DNA of 46,201 nt from Candidatus Woesearchaeota archaeon (GTDB lineage: Archaea; Nanobdellota; Nanobdellia; Woesearchaeales; WJIZ01), in the NCBI GenBank assembly GCA_018303125.1, contig JAGVYS010000005.1, positions 1 through 46,201 on the forward strand, written 5' to 3'. The notes under the pieces were generated by a model, which worked only from the letters and a program-made list of their open reading frames with translations, ran no database searches and was not told the DNA's origin. Position numbers and translations under genes: made by a program. Below are positions 9,283 to 18,065 of this stretch, in pieces (positions within the stretch are counted from its first letter, which is position 1; every line of letters begins with the position of its first letter).

Positions 9283-9957
9283 CTACACTTCTTGAGTTAC
9301 AGATACTCTCCATTGATTTATTAGTGCATCGAGAGACTCTAAAGTGGCTTCGCTTGTACGATGAATAACTTCTGACCTATACTTAGGATCTAGCCAGTAT
9401 GCAAAGCGCAGTCTACTACTATTTAAACTATTAGAAATATCTACAAGAATAGGGCTAGGTAAATCAAAAGGAAGTTCAACTCTTGTTTTTCTTTCTATAG
9501 GAAGAAATCCGGGACCGTTGAAATCTATGTATCGATAAAACACTGCATTCTTAGGCAATCTGTATTTGAGGATTGTTGAGTGGCGTCTATTTAGCTCATA
9601 TCTCTGAGCACTCGCAAGGCTGCCAACCAAGCTTGCGGAAAGAGTGGGTGAGGCATCATGGTATATACCTAACTCCAAGAGAGAATGCTCATAAGGTGTT
9701 GCGCACACATGATAAAGTGTAAACTCGTCATTCTCCAAGAATTTGTCTATCTGTGAGTCCCACGCCTCCTTAACACCGGGAATAGCAAGCAAATGCCTTC
9801 TTATAATGGAAACATTATTAGAATCAGAAGAATATTCTTCTTTAAAAAAATGACTGGTAGCCAATTCTCCCATAACCAAATCTACAAATTCCTGCCTTGC
9901 CTGGTCAATTGAATCTGTTTCCAGGGGTAGTGCAAAAGGCCGACTCAATTTTTTCAT
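9283..9957 (-). CDS. Hypothetical protein, possible ADP-ribosyltransferase-like fold
   Basis: 224-aa ORF with its own TATA-like element upstream. LYHVC...SLLELGI...LSAS...AQRY...ILKYRLP resembles the ART core. Confidence 0.45.
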   Translation of the reverse strand: MKKLSRPFALPLETDSIDQARQEFVDLVMGELATSHFFKEEYSSDSNNVSIIRRHLLAIPGVKEAWDSQIDKFLENDEFTLYHVCATPYEHSLLELGIYHDASPTLSASLVGSLASAQRYELNRRHSTILKYRLPKNAVFYRYIDFNGPGFLPIERKTRVELPFDLPSPILVDISNSLNSSRLRFAYWLDPKYRSEVIHRTSEATLESLDALINQWRVSVTQEV

Positions 9958-10008
9958 AAGAACACAATTGCGGATGAATTTAAAAAGTATTACTAGGACA
10001 ATAGCAGA

Positions 10009-11256
10009 TTAACAATCTCTTCCAACCCTTAGCAAGGCAGCCTTCCTGTGGGCATCCAATCCTTCCTGCTCAGCCAGCCTTGAGGCTACCTTAACCATGC
10101 TGGCAGGAACTTTTCCATCAATCTTCTGGTACGTAACAATCTTGACAAAATCCCTGACAGATAACCCGCCAGTATACCTTGCAGCTCCGTTCGTAGGCAG
10201 GATGTGGTTTGTTCCGGTGCAATAGTCTCCGAAGACCTCTGCAGCATTATCTCCTATGAATAGTGAGCCATAATTTTTCAGCATAAGCCTCTCTGGATTT
10301 TTGACATGCAGCTCAAGGTGCTCAGGCGATTTCATGTCTGATATCTTAGCGCAGTCCTCAAGGCTCTGTGCTATTATGATTCTCCCGTTTTGCAGGGCTG
10401 CAGCTGCAATATCCCTTGTCTTAAGCTTCTGAAGCTGCATTTCCAGCTGATTTTGAACTTCAATTGCCAATTTTCTTGAGGTAGTCACTAAATTTGGCTG
10501 TGCCGACTTGTCATGCTCTGCCTGAGCAAGCAGGTCAGCAGCTATAAGCTCAGCCTTGCCCGTTTCATCTGCTATAATCAAAACCTCGCTTGGCCCCGCT
10601 ATGAAATCTATTCCAACCCTGCCATAAACTTCCTTCTTGGCTGCTGCAACATACTTGTTTCCGGGCCCGACTATCTTGTCAACTTTAGGTACTGATTCCG
10701 TACCGTATGCCATTGCGCCTATTGCCTGCGCTCCGCCAATATTGAATATCATATCCGCTCCCGCAATATCTGCAGCAGCAACTGTTGCAGGCTTTATCCT
10801 TGGTGAGCATACAATAATCTCTTCAACTCCTGCAATCTTGGCGGGAATTATGCTCATTAGAGCTGATGACGGCAATGGATATATACCTCCAGGCACATAG
10901 CACCCTACTCTGATCAATGGAATCACCTTCTGTCCCAAAATAACACCCTTATTGACCAAAGAAAAATCCTTTATCTGGCTCATCTGCTTCCTAGCGAAGA
11001 ATTCAATGCTTTTGGCAGCTTCTCGTAGGGCAGACAATGTTTCAGAATCAACTTTTTCGTATGCTGCGTTTATGTCTTTTCCTGTGAGCTTGAAAGGAGC
11101 AGTACCTATGTCATCGAATTTTTGAGAGTATTTCCTCAATGCGCTCTCTCCATATTTCCTTATATCAGCAAGAATCTCCCTTGCTATTTCTCCCTCATCC
11201 CCCTGCCTTGGCTCGAAAAATTCCCTGTCCAATTTATCAGCATTAACAATTATCAT
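10009..11256 (-). CDS. hisD: Histidinol dehydrogenase
   Basis: GCYVPGG, VDKIVGPGNKYV, DFIAGPSE, DLLAQAEHD, PEHLEL and GDYCTGTNHILPT. Confidence 0.96.
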   Translation of the reverse strand: MIIVNADKLDREFFEPRQGDEGEIAREILADIRKYGESALRKYSQKFDDIGTAPFKLTGKDINAAYEKVDSETLSALREAAKSIEFFARKQMSQIKDFSLVNKGVILGQKVIPLIRVGCYVPGGIYPLPSSALMSIIPAKIAGVEEIIVCSPRIKPATVAAADIAGADMIFNIGGAQAIGAMAYGTESVPKVDKIVGPGNKYVAAAKKEVYGRVGIDFIAGPSEVLIIADETGKAELIAADLLAQAEHDKSAQPNLVTTSRKLAIEVQNQLEMQLQKLKTRDIAAAALQNGRIIIAQSLEDCAKISDMKSPEHLELHVKNPERLMLKNYGSLFIGDNAAEVFGDYCTGTNHILPTNGAARYTGGLSVRDFVKIVTYQKIDGKVPASMVKVASRLAEQEGLDAHRKAALLRVGRDC

Positions 11257-12476
11257 TTTCTCCTTCCTCCGAGCTCATTCTTTATATCGTCCAAGGTTAT
11301 TCCTTTCTTTGCCATAAGGACAAGGATAAAATAAGCAAGGTCAGCTATTTCCCAGACAAGATTGTCCTTGTCTTTGTAATTTATAACTTCCATTGCCTCT
11401 TCCTTAATCTTGGCTTTTACAAGTTCCTCATCCTTTGCTATCAATGAGGTATAAGAGCCTCTTCTTGGATTCTTAATCCTGCCTGCTATAACGCTATACA
11501 ACTCTTCCATGCTGAAATCCCTTTCCCCAAAGCATGAATATTTTCCGGTGTGGCATGCAAAGTTTTTCTGGCTGACAGTGAACAGCAATACATCCCTGTC
11601 GCAGTCATACCTTGCCTTTTTCAGCACTTGGAAATTTCCTGATGTCTCACCCTTTACCCATATTTTCTTCCTGGACCTGCTATAGTAGGTTCCTTTTCCT
11701 GATTCAAGCGCCATGAGCAAAGATTTAGGATTGGAATAAGCAAGCATCATTACCTGACCGTTCTCTTCCTGCACTATGGTCGGAACAAGCCCATTGCTTT
11801 TCTTGAAATTAATCAATGAGACAAATGCTTTTCCCAGCTCAATCCTGCCTGTATAAAGCGCCATGCCAATCTGTGAATCACAGCCTAAATCCTCAAGCTG
11901 GGTTATATCATCAATTGTTGTTATCCCTCCTGCGACAGTCAGGTTTTTCTTCGTTGCCTTTCTTATTTTTTCAATTATGCCGAAATCAAGACCTTCCATC
12001 ATGCCTTCCTTGTTTACATTTGTGAATAAAAATCCTGAGCAATACCTCTCAAGCTCCTTTATTGCCTCAAAAGGTGTCTTCTTCGTTTTTTTAGTCCATC
12101 CTTCAGTTACCACATTGTCATCTTTACTGTCAATAGCAACAATTACCTTGCCGGCAGGAAGCTTCTTCAGGAATTCCGGAGAGGCTTTTGTACCTATGAT
12201 TATTTTTTTGGCGCCATATTTCAAAATCTCTTCTGCCTTATCTTGGCTCCTTATCCCACCTCCGACTCTGCAGTCTGCAATCTTGCATATTTCCTTTATT
12301 AGTCCAGAATTATTTCCCTTGCCTAAAGCTGCATCTAAGTCAATGACAGCAATTTCCCCATACCTGGAAAACTCCCTGGCAAACTGCATGACATTGCTGC
12401 GCTCAAGTACCTTTTCCCTTCCTTGCCTAAGCTGCACAGCCTTTCCATCCATTAGGTCAATGCTCGGTATTATCAT
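11253..12476 (-). CDS. hisAIE: HisA-HisI-HisE fusion (ProFAR isomerase / PR-AMP cyclohydrolase / PR-ATP pyrophosphatase)
   Basis: N-terminal [21 protein letters not shown] and VGGGIRS (HisA). [14 protein letters not shown] and [10 protein letters not shown] (HisI). [12 protein letters not shown] and EIADLAY (HisE). Confidence 0.92.
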   Translation of the reverse strand: MIIPSIDLMDGKAVQLRQGREKVLERSNVMQFAREFSRYGEIAVIDLDAALGKGNNSGLIKEICKIADCRVGGGIRSQDKAEEILKYGAKKIIIGTKASPEFLKKLPAGKVIVAIDSKDDNVVTEGWTKKTKKTPFEAIKELERYCSGFLFTNVNKEGMMEGLDFGIIEKIRKATKKNLTVAGGITTIDDITQLEDLGCDSQIGMALYTGRIELGKAFVSLINFKKSNGLVPTIVQEENGQVMMLAYSNPKSLLMALESGKGTYYSRSRKKIWVKGETSGNFQVLKKARYDCDRDVLLFTVSQKNFACHTGKYSCFGERDFSMEELYSVIAGRIKNPRRGSYTSLIAKDEELVKAKIKEEAMEVINYKDKDNLVWEIADLAYFILVLMAKKGITLDDIKNELGGRRK

Positions 12477-13225
12477 TTTCTTACCTCAATTCCTTTTTTC
12501 CCAAGATATTCCTTTACGTTGAGTATAGAGTATGTGCTATAATGGAATATTGACGCTGCCAGTGCAGCATCTGCTTTTCCTTTTATGAAAACATCTGCAA
12601 AGCTTTCTAAATTACCCGCTCCGCCGGAAGCAATGACAGGTATACTGACATTCTCCGAGATTATCTGCGTAAGCTCAAGCTCATAGCCTTCTTTTGTCCC
12701 ATCTCTGTCCATGGATGTCAACAAGAGTTCCCCTGCACCGAGCTTCTCTGCTTCCTTAGCCCATTCAAGTGCGGAAATGCCTGTTGGCTCCTTTCCACTC
12801 TTTATGAAAACCTCATATCTCCCGTTTATTTTTTTGGCATCTATTGCAACTGTTATGCATTGGCTGCCAAATTTTTCAGAGGCTTCCCTCAAAAGGCTTG
12901 GATTTTTCACAGCAGCTGTGTTTATTGAAACCTTGTCTGCGCCTGCTATAAGCAAATTTCTTATGTCATCAATGGAGCTTATTCCCCCGCCTACTGTAAA
13001 AGGGATGAATATTTCCTTTGCAACCTCTTTTACAAGCGATGTGGTTTTCCTTTTTTCAGATGATGCAGTTATGTCAAGGAAAACAAGCTCATCGGCACCT
13101 TCCTCATTGTATCTCTTGGCTAATTCTACGGCATCGCCTGCCTGCTTAAGATCTAAAAAGTTCCTTCCTTTCACTACCTTCCCTTCCTTAACATCAAGGC
13201 AAGGTATTATCCTTTTAGTAAGCAT
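12473..13225 (-). CDS. hisF: Imidazole glycerol phosphate synthase cyclase subunit
   Basis: [35 protein letters not shown] and PVIASGGAG. Start at 13225 after GAGGTGG. Confidence 0.96.
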   Translation of the reverse strand: MLTKRIIPCLDVKEGKVVKGRNFLDLKQAGDAVELAKRYNEEGADELVFLDITASSEKRKTTSLVKEVAKEIFIPFTVGGGISSIDDIRNLLIAGADKVSINTAAVKNPSLLREASEKFGSQCITVAIDAKKINGRYEVFIKSGKEPTGISALEWAKEAEKLGAGELLLTSMDRDGTKEGYELELTQIISENVSIPVIASGGAGNLESFADVFIKGKADAALAASIFHYSTYSILNVKEYLGKKGIEVRK

Positions 13226-13799
13226 CAAGCCACCTCTGCAGCAGCGCAATGCCTGAACTACCACTTTTTTCAGGGTGGAATTGCACAGCTGTAACATTCT
13301 TATCCTGGATTGCGCATGCAAATTCTCCATAATAATCCGTGACTGCAGCTATTATGCCTTTTTGCCCTGGTTTTACATAATATGAATTGACGAAATAAAA
13401 AAAATCCTCCTCAAAAATTCCTTTTTTTGCAGGCGTTATGCTATTCCATCCTATCTGAGGCACTTTTCCTTTCCTGAACCTTACTGACTTGCCATTGTAT
13501 ATCCCGAGCCCTTTTACTCCGACACTTTCATCGCTTTCCTCAAAGAGCGCCTGCATGCCCAGGCATATTCCAAGGAAAGGCTTTCCAGAGGCAATTGAAT
13601 TCCTAATCGGCTCTGCAATGCCTTTCTCCCTCAGGTTCTGCATCATGAATCCAAATGCTCCTACTCCAGGTAGTACTATTCTTTCTGCATCAAGTATTGC
13701 ATCCGGGGTGCCAACTATCATAGACTCTGCTTTAAGGTAATCAAAAGCGTTCTTTACGCTGCTTAGGTTTCCTATTCCGCAATCCACTATGGCTATCAT
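13215..13799 (-). CDS. hisH: Imidazole glycerol phosphate synthase glutaminase subunit
   Basis: [21 protein letters not shown] and QFHPEKS. Confidence 0.95.
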   Translation of the reverse strand: MIAIVDCGIGNLSSVKNAFDYLKAESMIVGTPDAILDAERIVLPGVGAFGFMMQNLREKGIAEPIRNSIASGKPFLGICLGMQALFEESDESVGVKGLGIYNGKSVRFRKGKVPQIGWNSITPAKKGIFEEDFFYFVNSYYVKPGQKGIIAAVTDYYGEFACAIQDKNVTAVQFHPEKSGSSGIALLQRWLDAY

Positions 13800-14383
13800 A
13801 TCATTCCTTTTGTGCTTGGCACATCCTCCATTGCCCTCTTATCAGTTGAGCATGCCATCTTGGCTGCCTTCCCGAATGCCTTGAATATTGCCTCTATCTT
13901 GTGGTGGTCGCTTCTGCCATATAGCATCCTGACAACAACATTTGCCCCTAGGCCTATGGAAAATCCATAGAAAAAATCCTCAAGAACATCAGTGTCGAAA
14001 TCGCCGCAATATCTTCTGCCAAATTTTGCATCGTACTGTAGGTATGGCCTGCCGCCTATGTCTAGGGCTACAACTGCCAAAGACTCATCCATCGGGTAAA
14101 TAAAATATCCTGTCCTGTTTATCCCTTTCTTGTCTCCAAGCGCTTTCCCGAGTGCCTGGCCCAATACAATCCCTGTATCCTCTATAGTGTGATGCTGGTC
14201 GACTTTTAAATCTCCTCTCACTTTGATTTCAGTGTCAAACAATGAAAATTTTGAGAAGCTTTCAAGCATGTGCGAGAAAAATCCTATCTCAGTATCAACA
14301 GAGTATTTTCCCTTGCCATCAATATTAAGCTCAACGCTTATTCTTGTTTCTTTAGTTTCCCTGCTTATTTTGGCTTTCCTCAT
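13796..14383 (-). CDS. hisB: Imidazoleglycerol-phosphate dehydratase
   Basis: RETKETRI, DQHHTIEDTG, PMDES, DHHKIEAIFKA and PSTKG. Confidence 0.96.
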   Translation of the reverse strand: MRKAKISRETKETRISVELNIDGKGKYSVDTEIGFFSHMLESFSKFSLFDTEIKVRGDLKVDQHHTIEDTGIVLGQALGKALGDKKGINRTGYFIYPMDESLAVVALDIGGRPYLQYDAKFGRRYCGDFDTDVLEDFFYGFSIGLGANVVVRMLYGRSDHHKIEAIFKAFGKAAKMACSTDKRAMEDVPSTKGMI

Positions 14384-16698
14384 TTTAGCACCTCTGGTAT
14401 CTGGTTTATATCAGAAATAACCTTTATTGCACCGTTCTTGACAAGCAATTCTTTTAGAGATTTGGAATTTGTGTCTGAAGGAATTACTCCTATGGCCTTT
14501 ATCCCTGCACTCTTCGCAGCCTTCATGTCATCAACACTGTCCCCAATATAAACAGCATTGCTCCTGCCAATTCTATCCAGTGCCATGCTTATGCTGCATG
14601 GGTCTGGCTTTGATTTATTTTCAGGATAATCTTCCATCGCTATTATTGTATCAAAGTACTGCTCCATGCCAAATTTCTCAAGTATATATCGGGCCTCCTC
14701 TCTTGGCCTACCTGTAACTATGCCAAGTCTTGCTTCCTTATATAAGCTTTCAAGAACTTCTTTTGTCAGCAAGAATCTCTCATTATCTATAAGCCCCTTG
14801 TCTTCATTATCTCCCAGATAGAACTCCTGGAACTTCCTGATTATATCATCCTTGCTGCATTTGACATTCCTCTTGAGGATTACTGCTTCCGTAAGGTCCC
14901 AGTCATTATTGTAGCCACCTTTTTCCTTGAACTCCTGTATCTCTTCACGGCTTATCTCTACATTCGCAAAAAATTTGGCAGTCCTTTGTATGGCTGTCCT
15001 GTAGGAATTGCTGACATCTACCAAAACACCGTCCATATCGAACAATACCACATCCTCGGGAATTATATTCTTTATGGCTTCTATAAGCACCCTGGATTGT
15101 TCCATTGTCCCTATTCCTATCCTTATGCAATTCTTCAGCAATGGGTACGTTGACCTGTCCCTTACAAGTATGCCCCTCTCCCTGAGCTGCAGCAAAACAT
15201 AATTGCACCTCTCACCGAAATCTGCCATCATAAAATTGGCTTCGGAAGAAAATACCTTTATGCCGAGCTTTTCAAGCTCTTTCTGCACATACTGCCTGCT
15301 CTCCCTGACCTCTTCGACATAATTACTTATGAATTCCTCATCCTTCATTGCGGCGCTGGCCGCAATAAGCGCAAGGTTATTTACGCTATAAGGTGAGATG
15401 ACCTTTTCTAGATTGGTTATTATTGCCTCGCTTGATATTATGCATCCAAGTCTTAATCCTGCAAGGCCGAAAGCCTTTGAGAATGTCTGCGTAACTATTA
15501 GGTTGCTGTATTTCTCAACAAACCGCTTGCAGCTCTTTCCATAATACTGGCTATATGCCTCATCGACAAGCACTATTGCGTCCTTTGCCTTTTCCAGTAC
15601 AGATATAATGTCTTGCTCGCTTATGGTTGTGCCTGTAGGATTATTCGGGTTGACAAGAACAACAAGCTTCGTTTTATCAGTTATTTTTTCCAGCAATTTT
15701 TGAGTTGGAAAGCTCAGGTCATCATTATAAAGAACATTAGTAATGTTTGCCTCTACTATGTCTGCATAGACTTTGAACATTGTAAATGTGGGCTCAGGAA
15801 TTATTACTTCATCCCCTTTCTCGAGGAAAGTGTCCATGACAACCTTTATTGCTTCGTCCGTTCCATTTGTAGGCAATACATTCTTGCTCCCAGTATCCAA
15901 ATACAATGCAAGTTCCTTCCTGAAATTACCATAATCGGGGTACATGCAAATGTCCTCGACAGAAATATCCCTTAGTGCATCCAGCACTTTTGGTGAGCAT
16001 CCAGAGGTATTTTCATTAAAATCAAGGCGCAGCTTGCCTCTCCTGTCAGAGGTTGGCGGCTCGTACTTGCTCATTTTCTGCACTGCCTCCTTCGGCATTA
16101 TGGAATTTCCAGAAGAATCAGCGCCTATTACGAGGAAATCGCTCTGCATTATTACATCGTACGCTTTTAGATTATACTTTATTAGAGAGCTTCCTGTATA
16201 GACTATATCGATTATTAAGTCAGCTATTCCTTCGCTGCAGCTTGTCTCAACGCAACCATTGATGTAAATCTTCTTGAATGAGAAGCCTTTCCTCTCAAGG
16301 AAATTAAGGTATTTTTTGGCCAATTTCTTGTATTTGGAGGCTATGCACACTGTCAAATCTCTTGGCATTGTTTCAAGGCTTTTTCCTTCTGGCCCTATTA
16401 GGCAGAGTGTTGGCTTGCCATAGATGGCAGAAGGGTCATCCCACGCAATTCTCTTGATTACCTTAAGTTGAGATTCCTTGTTTTCGAGGCAGTATTCCCT
16501 GAACAAGTCTTCTCCAGTTAGGCCAAAGGCATTCTTGCCTTTATTGAGAAATTGCTTTACTAGGAATGGTATGTCCTCTCCCCTTGCTTCTATAAGCCTT
16601 GTGTCCTTTACATCCTTAAAATAAGATAATGCCGATTCCCTATAACTTCTTAGCCCGGAATTTTTTGGAACCAAGATGAATACAACCACCACTTTCAA
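14380..16698 (-). CDS. hisG-hisC: Triple fusion: short-form ATP phosphoribosyltransferase (HisG) + histidinol-phosphate aminotransferase (HisC) + HAD-family (histidinol-)phosphatase; start uncertain
   Basis: HisG: ILVPK, RGEDIP, GLTGEDL, ASKY, ADLIIDIVYTG. HisC: LDFNEN, NPNNPTG, DEAY, TFSKAFGLAGLRLG. HAD: FDMDGVLVD, KSKPDP, YIGDSVDD. The frame has no ATG start (only TTG 16698, GTG 16692/16689), with TGA at 16713-16711. Confidence 0.9.
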   Translation of the reverse strand: MKVVVVFILVPKNSGLRSYRESALSYFKDVKDTRLIEARGEDIPFLVKQFLNKGKNAFGLTGEDLFREYCLENKESQLKVIKRIAWDDPSAIYGKPTLCLIGPEGKSLETMPRDLTVCIASKYKKLAKKYLNFLERKGFSFKKIYINGCVETSCSEGIADLIIDIVYTGSSLIKYNLKAYDVIMQSDFLVIGADSSGNSIMPKEAVQKMSKYEPPTSDRRGKLRLDFNENTSGCSPKVLDALRDISVEDICMYPDYGNFRKELALYLDTGSKNVLPTNGTDEAIKVVMDTFLEKGDEVIIPEPTFTMFKVYADIVEANITNVLYNDDLSFPTQKLLEKITDKTKLVVLVNPNNPTGTTISEQDIISVLEKAKDAIVLVDEAYSQYYGKSCKRFVEKYSNLIVTQTFSKAFGLAGLRLGCIISSEAIITNLEKVISPYSVNNLALIAASAAMKDEEFISNYVEEVRESRQYVQKELEKLGIKVFSSEANFMMADFGERCNYVLLQLRERGILVRDRSTYPLLKNCIRIGIGTMEQSRVLIEAIKNIIPEDVVLFDMDGVLVDVSNSYRTAIQRTAKFFANVEISREEIQEFKEKGGYNNDWDLTEAVILKRNVKCSKDDIIRKFQEFYLGDNEDKGLIDNERFLLTKEVLESLYKEARLGIVTGRPREEARYILEKFGMEQYFDTIIAMEDYPENKSKPDPCSISMALDRIGRSNAVYIGDSVDDMKAAKSAGIKAIGVIPSDTNSKSLKELLVKNGAIKVISDINQIPEVLK

Positions 16699-16714
16699 TA
16701 ATTTTTTCCATCAT
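16640..16714 (-). CDS. 24-codon upstream ORF (MMEKIIESGGCIHLGSKKFRAKKL) overlapping the hisG start in a different frame
   Basis: ATGATG preceded by SD GAGGT (16722-16718). Spacing to the second ATG matches hisB and hisF. One His codon (CAT 16678-16676). Confidence 0.45.
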   Translation of the reverse strand: MMEKIIESGGCIHLGSKKFRAKKL

Positions 16715-16743
16715 AGGACCTCTATAGAGTTTATCTTGAAAAG

Positions 16744-16815
16744 AGAGATAGAGGGGAATTGAACCCCTGCCATAGGTGCCACAGACCTATATTCTGCCGT
16801 TAAACTACTATCTCT
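16744..16815 (-). tRNA. tRNA-His(GUG), atypical acceptor end (A-1/U73), no encoded CCA
   Basis: Cloverleaf: acceptor GAGATAG/CTATCTC, D arm GTTT-AACGGCA-GAAT, anticodon arm TAGGT-CTGTGGC-ACCTA, T arm AGGGG-TTCAATT-CCCCT. Confidence 0.85.
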
Positions 16816-16943
16816 ATCTGTGAGCCTGAAAAAATTATTAAATGATTTAAGAATAGTTCTACCTATAATGAATACAACCAGCGCTTACTACTGCCTTAGC
16901 CTCTGTGATAACTAATTTCATAGCATTATGGTAATGGTGAGGG

Positions 16944-17822
16944 TTATTTAAAGCTTTCTATGGCCTCAGCAAACAATCCGGCTACATCAATCTTCGCTGC
17001 AGGATTAGGTATGGAATTTGTGGTCACTACCTCTGCACCTGTTTTCTTCAGCTTTCCTAGAGCCCCTTCAGCAAAAATACCGTGAATTGCTATGCATGTT
17101 ACCTTTCTGACGCCAAGTGCCTTGAGCTTAATGATAGTTTTAATCAGCGTATTCCCTGTTGAAATCATGTCATCTATAAGCACTATATTCTTTCCCTTGG
17201 TGTCTACTTTTTCCTGGAACCTCACATCAACATTCCTGGCAGAATGCCTTGTCTTAAGTAAAATAGTGGATTCACATCCTATTATTTCTGCAGTTTTTCT
17301 TGCCCATTTATACGATTCCCAGTCAGGTCCTACTATAAGTGGCTTCTTGACATTTTTCCTTATATGTTCCCCTATCAATGGGTTTGCCGTTAGCCTTTTT
17401 GATTCAACTGAAAATATATGCCCCAGAGATTTCTCCCTGTGAAGATGCGGGTCAAGTATGCATACCCTGTCAACTATGTTATTCATTATCTTGCCGAGGA
17501 AATGGATTGAAGGTATTTCGCCTTTGCTGAACCATGTATCCTGCCTGAAATAAGGGAAATAAGGAGACAGCAAAGTAATTTCTGAGGCGCCCATCTCCTT
17601 CGCTGCCTTTGAGGCAAACATTACCTCTAAAAGGCAAGAGTCAATATCACCATAGAAAGACTGGACAAGATACACTTTCCTGCCCTTCAAGCCAGTCTTC
17701 AGAAATTTTATATGGAGCTCATTGTCGGGAAATTTCTCAACAAAAAGCTCAGAATATGGCATCTTTGCTTTGGCTGCTATTCTGCGCGCAATATGTTTTC
17801 CGTGTGAGCAGGATATAATCAT
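16944..17822 (-). CDS. prs: Ribose-phosphate pyrophosphokinase
   Basis: KFPDNE, PYFPYFRQD, LDPHLH, VGPDWES, VLIDDMISTGNT and TTNSIP. Confidence 0.93.
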   Translation of the reverse strand: MIISCSHGKHIARRIAAKAKMPYSELFVEKFPDNELHIKFLKTGLKGRKVYLVQSFYGDIDSCLLEVMFASKAAKEMGASEITLLSPYFPYFRQDTWFSKGEIPSIHFLGKIMNNIVDRVCILDPHLHREKSLGHIFSVESKRLTANPLIGEHIRKNVKKPLIVGPDWESYKWARKTAEIIGCESTILLKTRHSARNVDVRFQEKVDTKGKNIVLIDDMISTGNTLIKTIIKLKALGVRKVTCIAIHGIFAEGALGKLKKTGAEVVTTNSIPNPAAKIDVAGLFAEAIESFK

Positions 17823-18065
17823 ACATTTTCTTTGGAGTATTACTATTTAAAATTATCCTGAAAATAATCGCATTGAAAAGTCATAAGAACCTGCTTCTTG
17901 TGGAATAACGTTTGGCATCAAATTCATAAGTGGTGCGCCTTGTATTTTATTGCAGAAATTTAAGCACAGATATGTACAGCGATTAAACAATTTGTATACC
18001 AGTACGCCTGCTCTTTGCTAGAGAGAATGATTCTTACACATTGTCCTAAATTTTCTTGGAATGAA

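Noticed and set aside
11863-13256. Long antisense ORFs opposite his genes (also 34146-34952 opposite thiG and 43494-44039 opposite rad50)
   Set aside because: Shadow ORFs of well-conserved genes, with Ser/Phe/Ile-rich composition typical of reverse-complemented purine-rich codons.
13226-13330. N-terminal extension of hisF in the ORF track; likewise extensions of nnrE, thiF, thiO, thiL and the PEP-utiliser (31164-31385)
   Set aside because: The extensions overlap neighbouring genes. Family homology and SD or stop-start overlaps point to downstream starts.
16640-16714. Classical His-codon-run attenuator (enterobacterial hisL type)
   Set aside because: Only one His codon and no terminator/antiterminator hairpins downstream. 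The frameshift or alternative-start models fit better.
16744-16815. tRNA as the attachment site of an integrated element
   Set aside because: No integrase and no duplicated tRNA 3' end seen in the window.
17830-18060. Possible pseudogene or ncRNA between prs and the lipoprotein gene
   Set aside because: No recognisable protein remnant or stable structure by eye.
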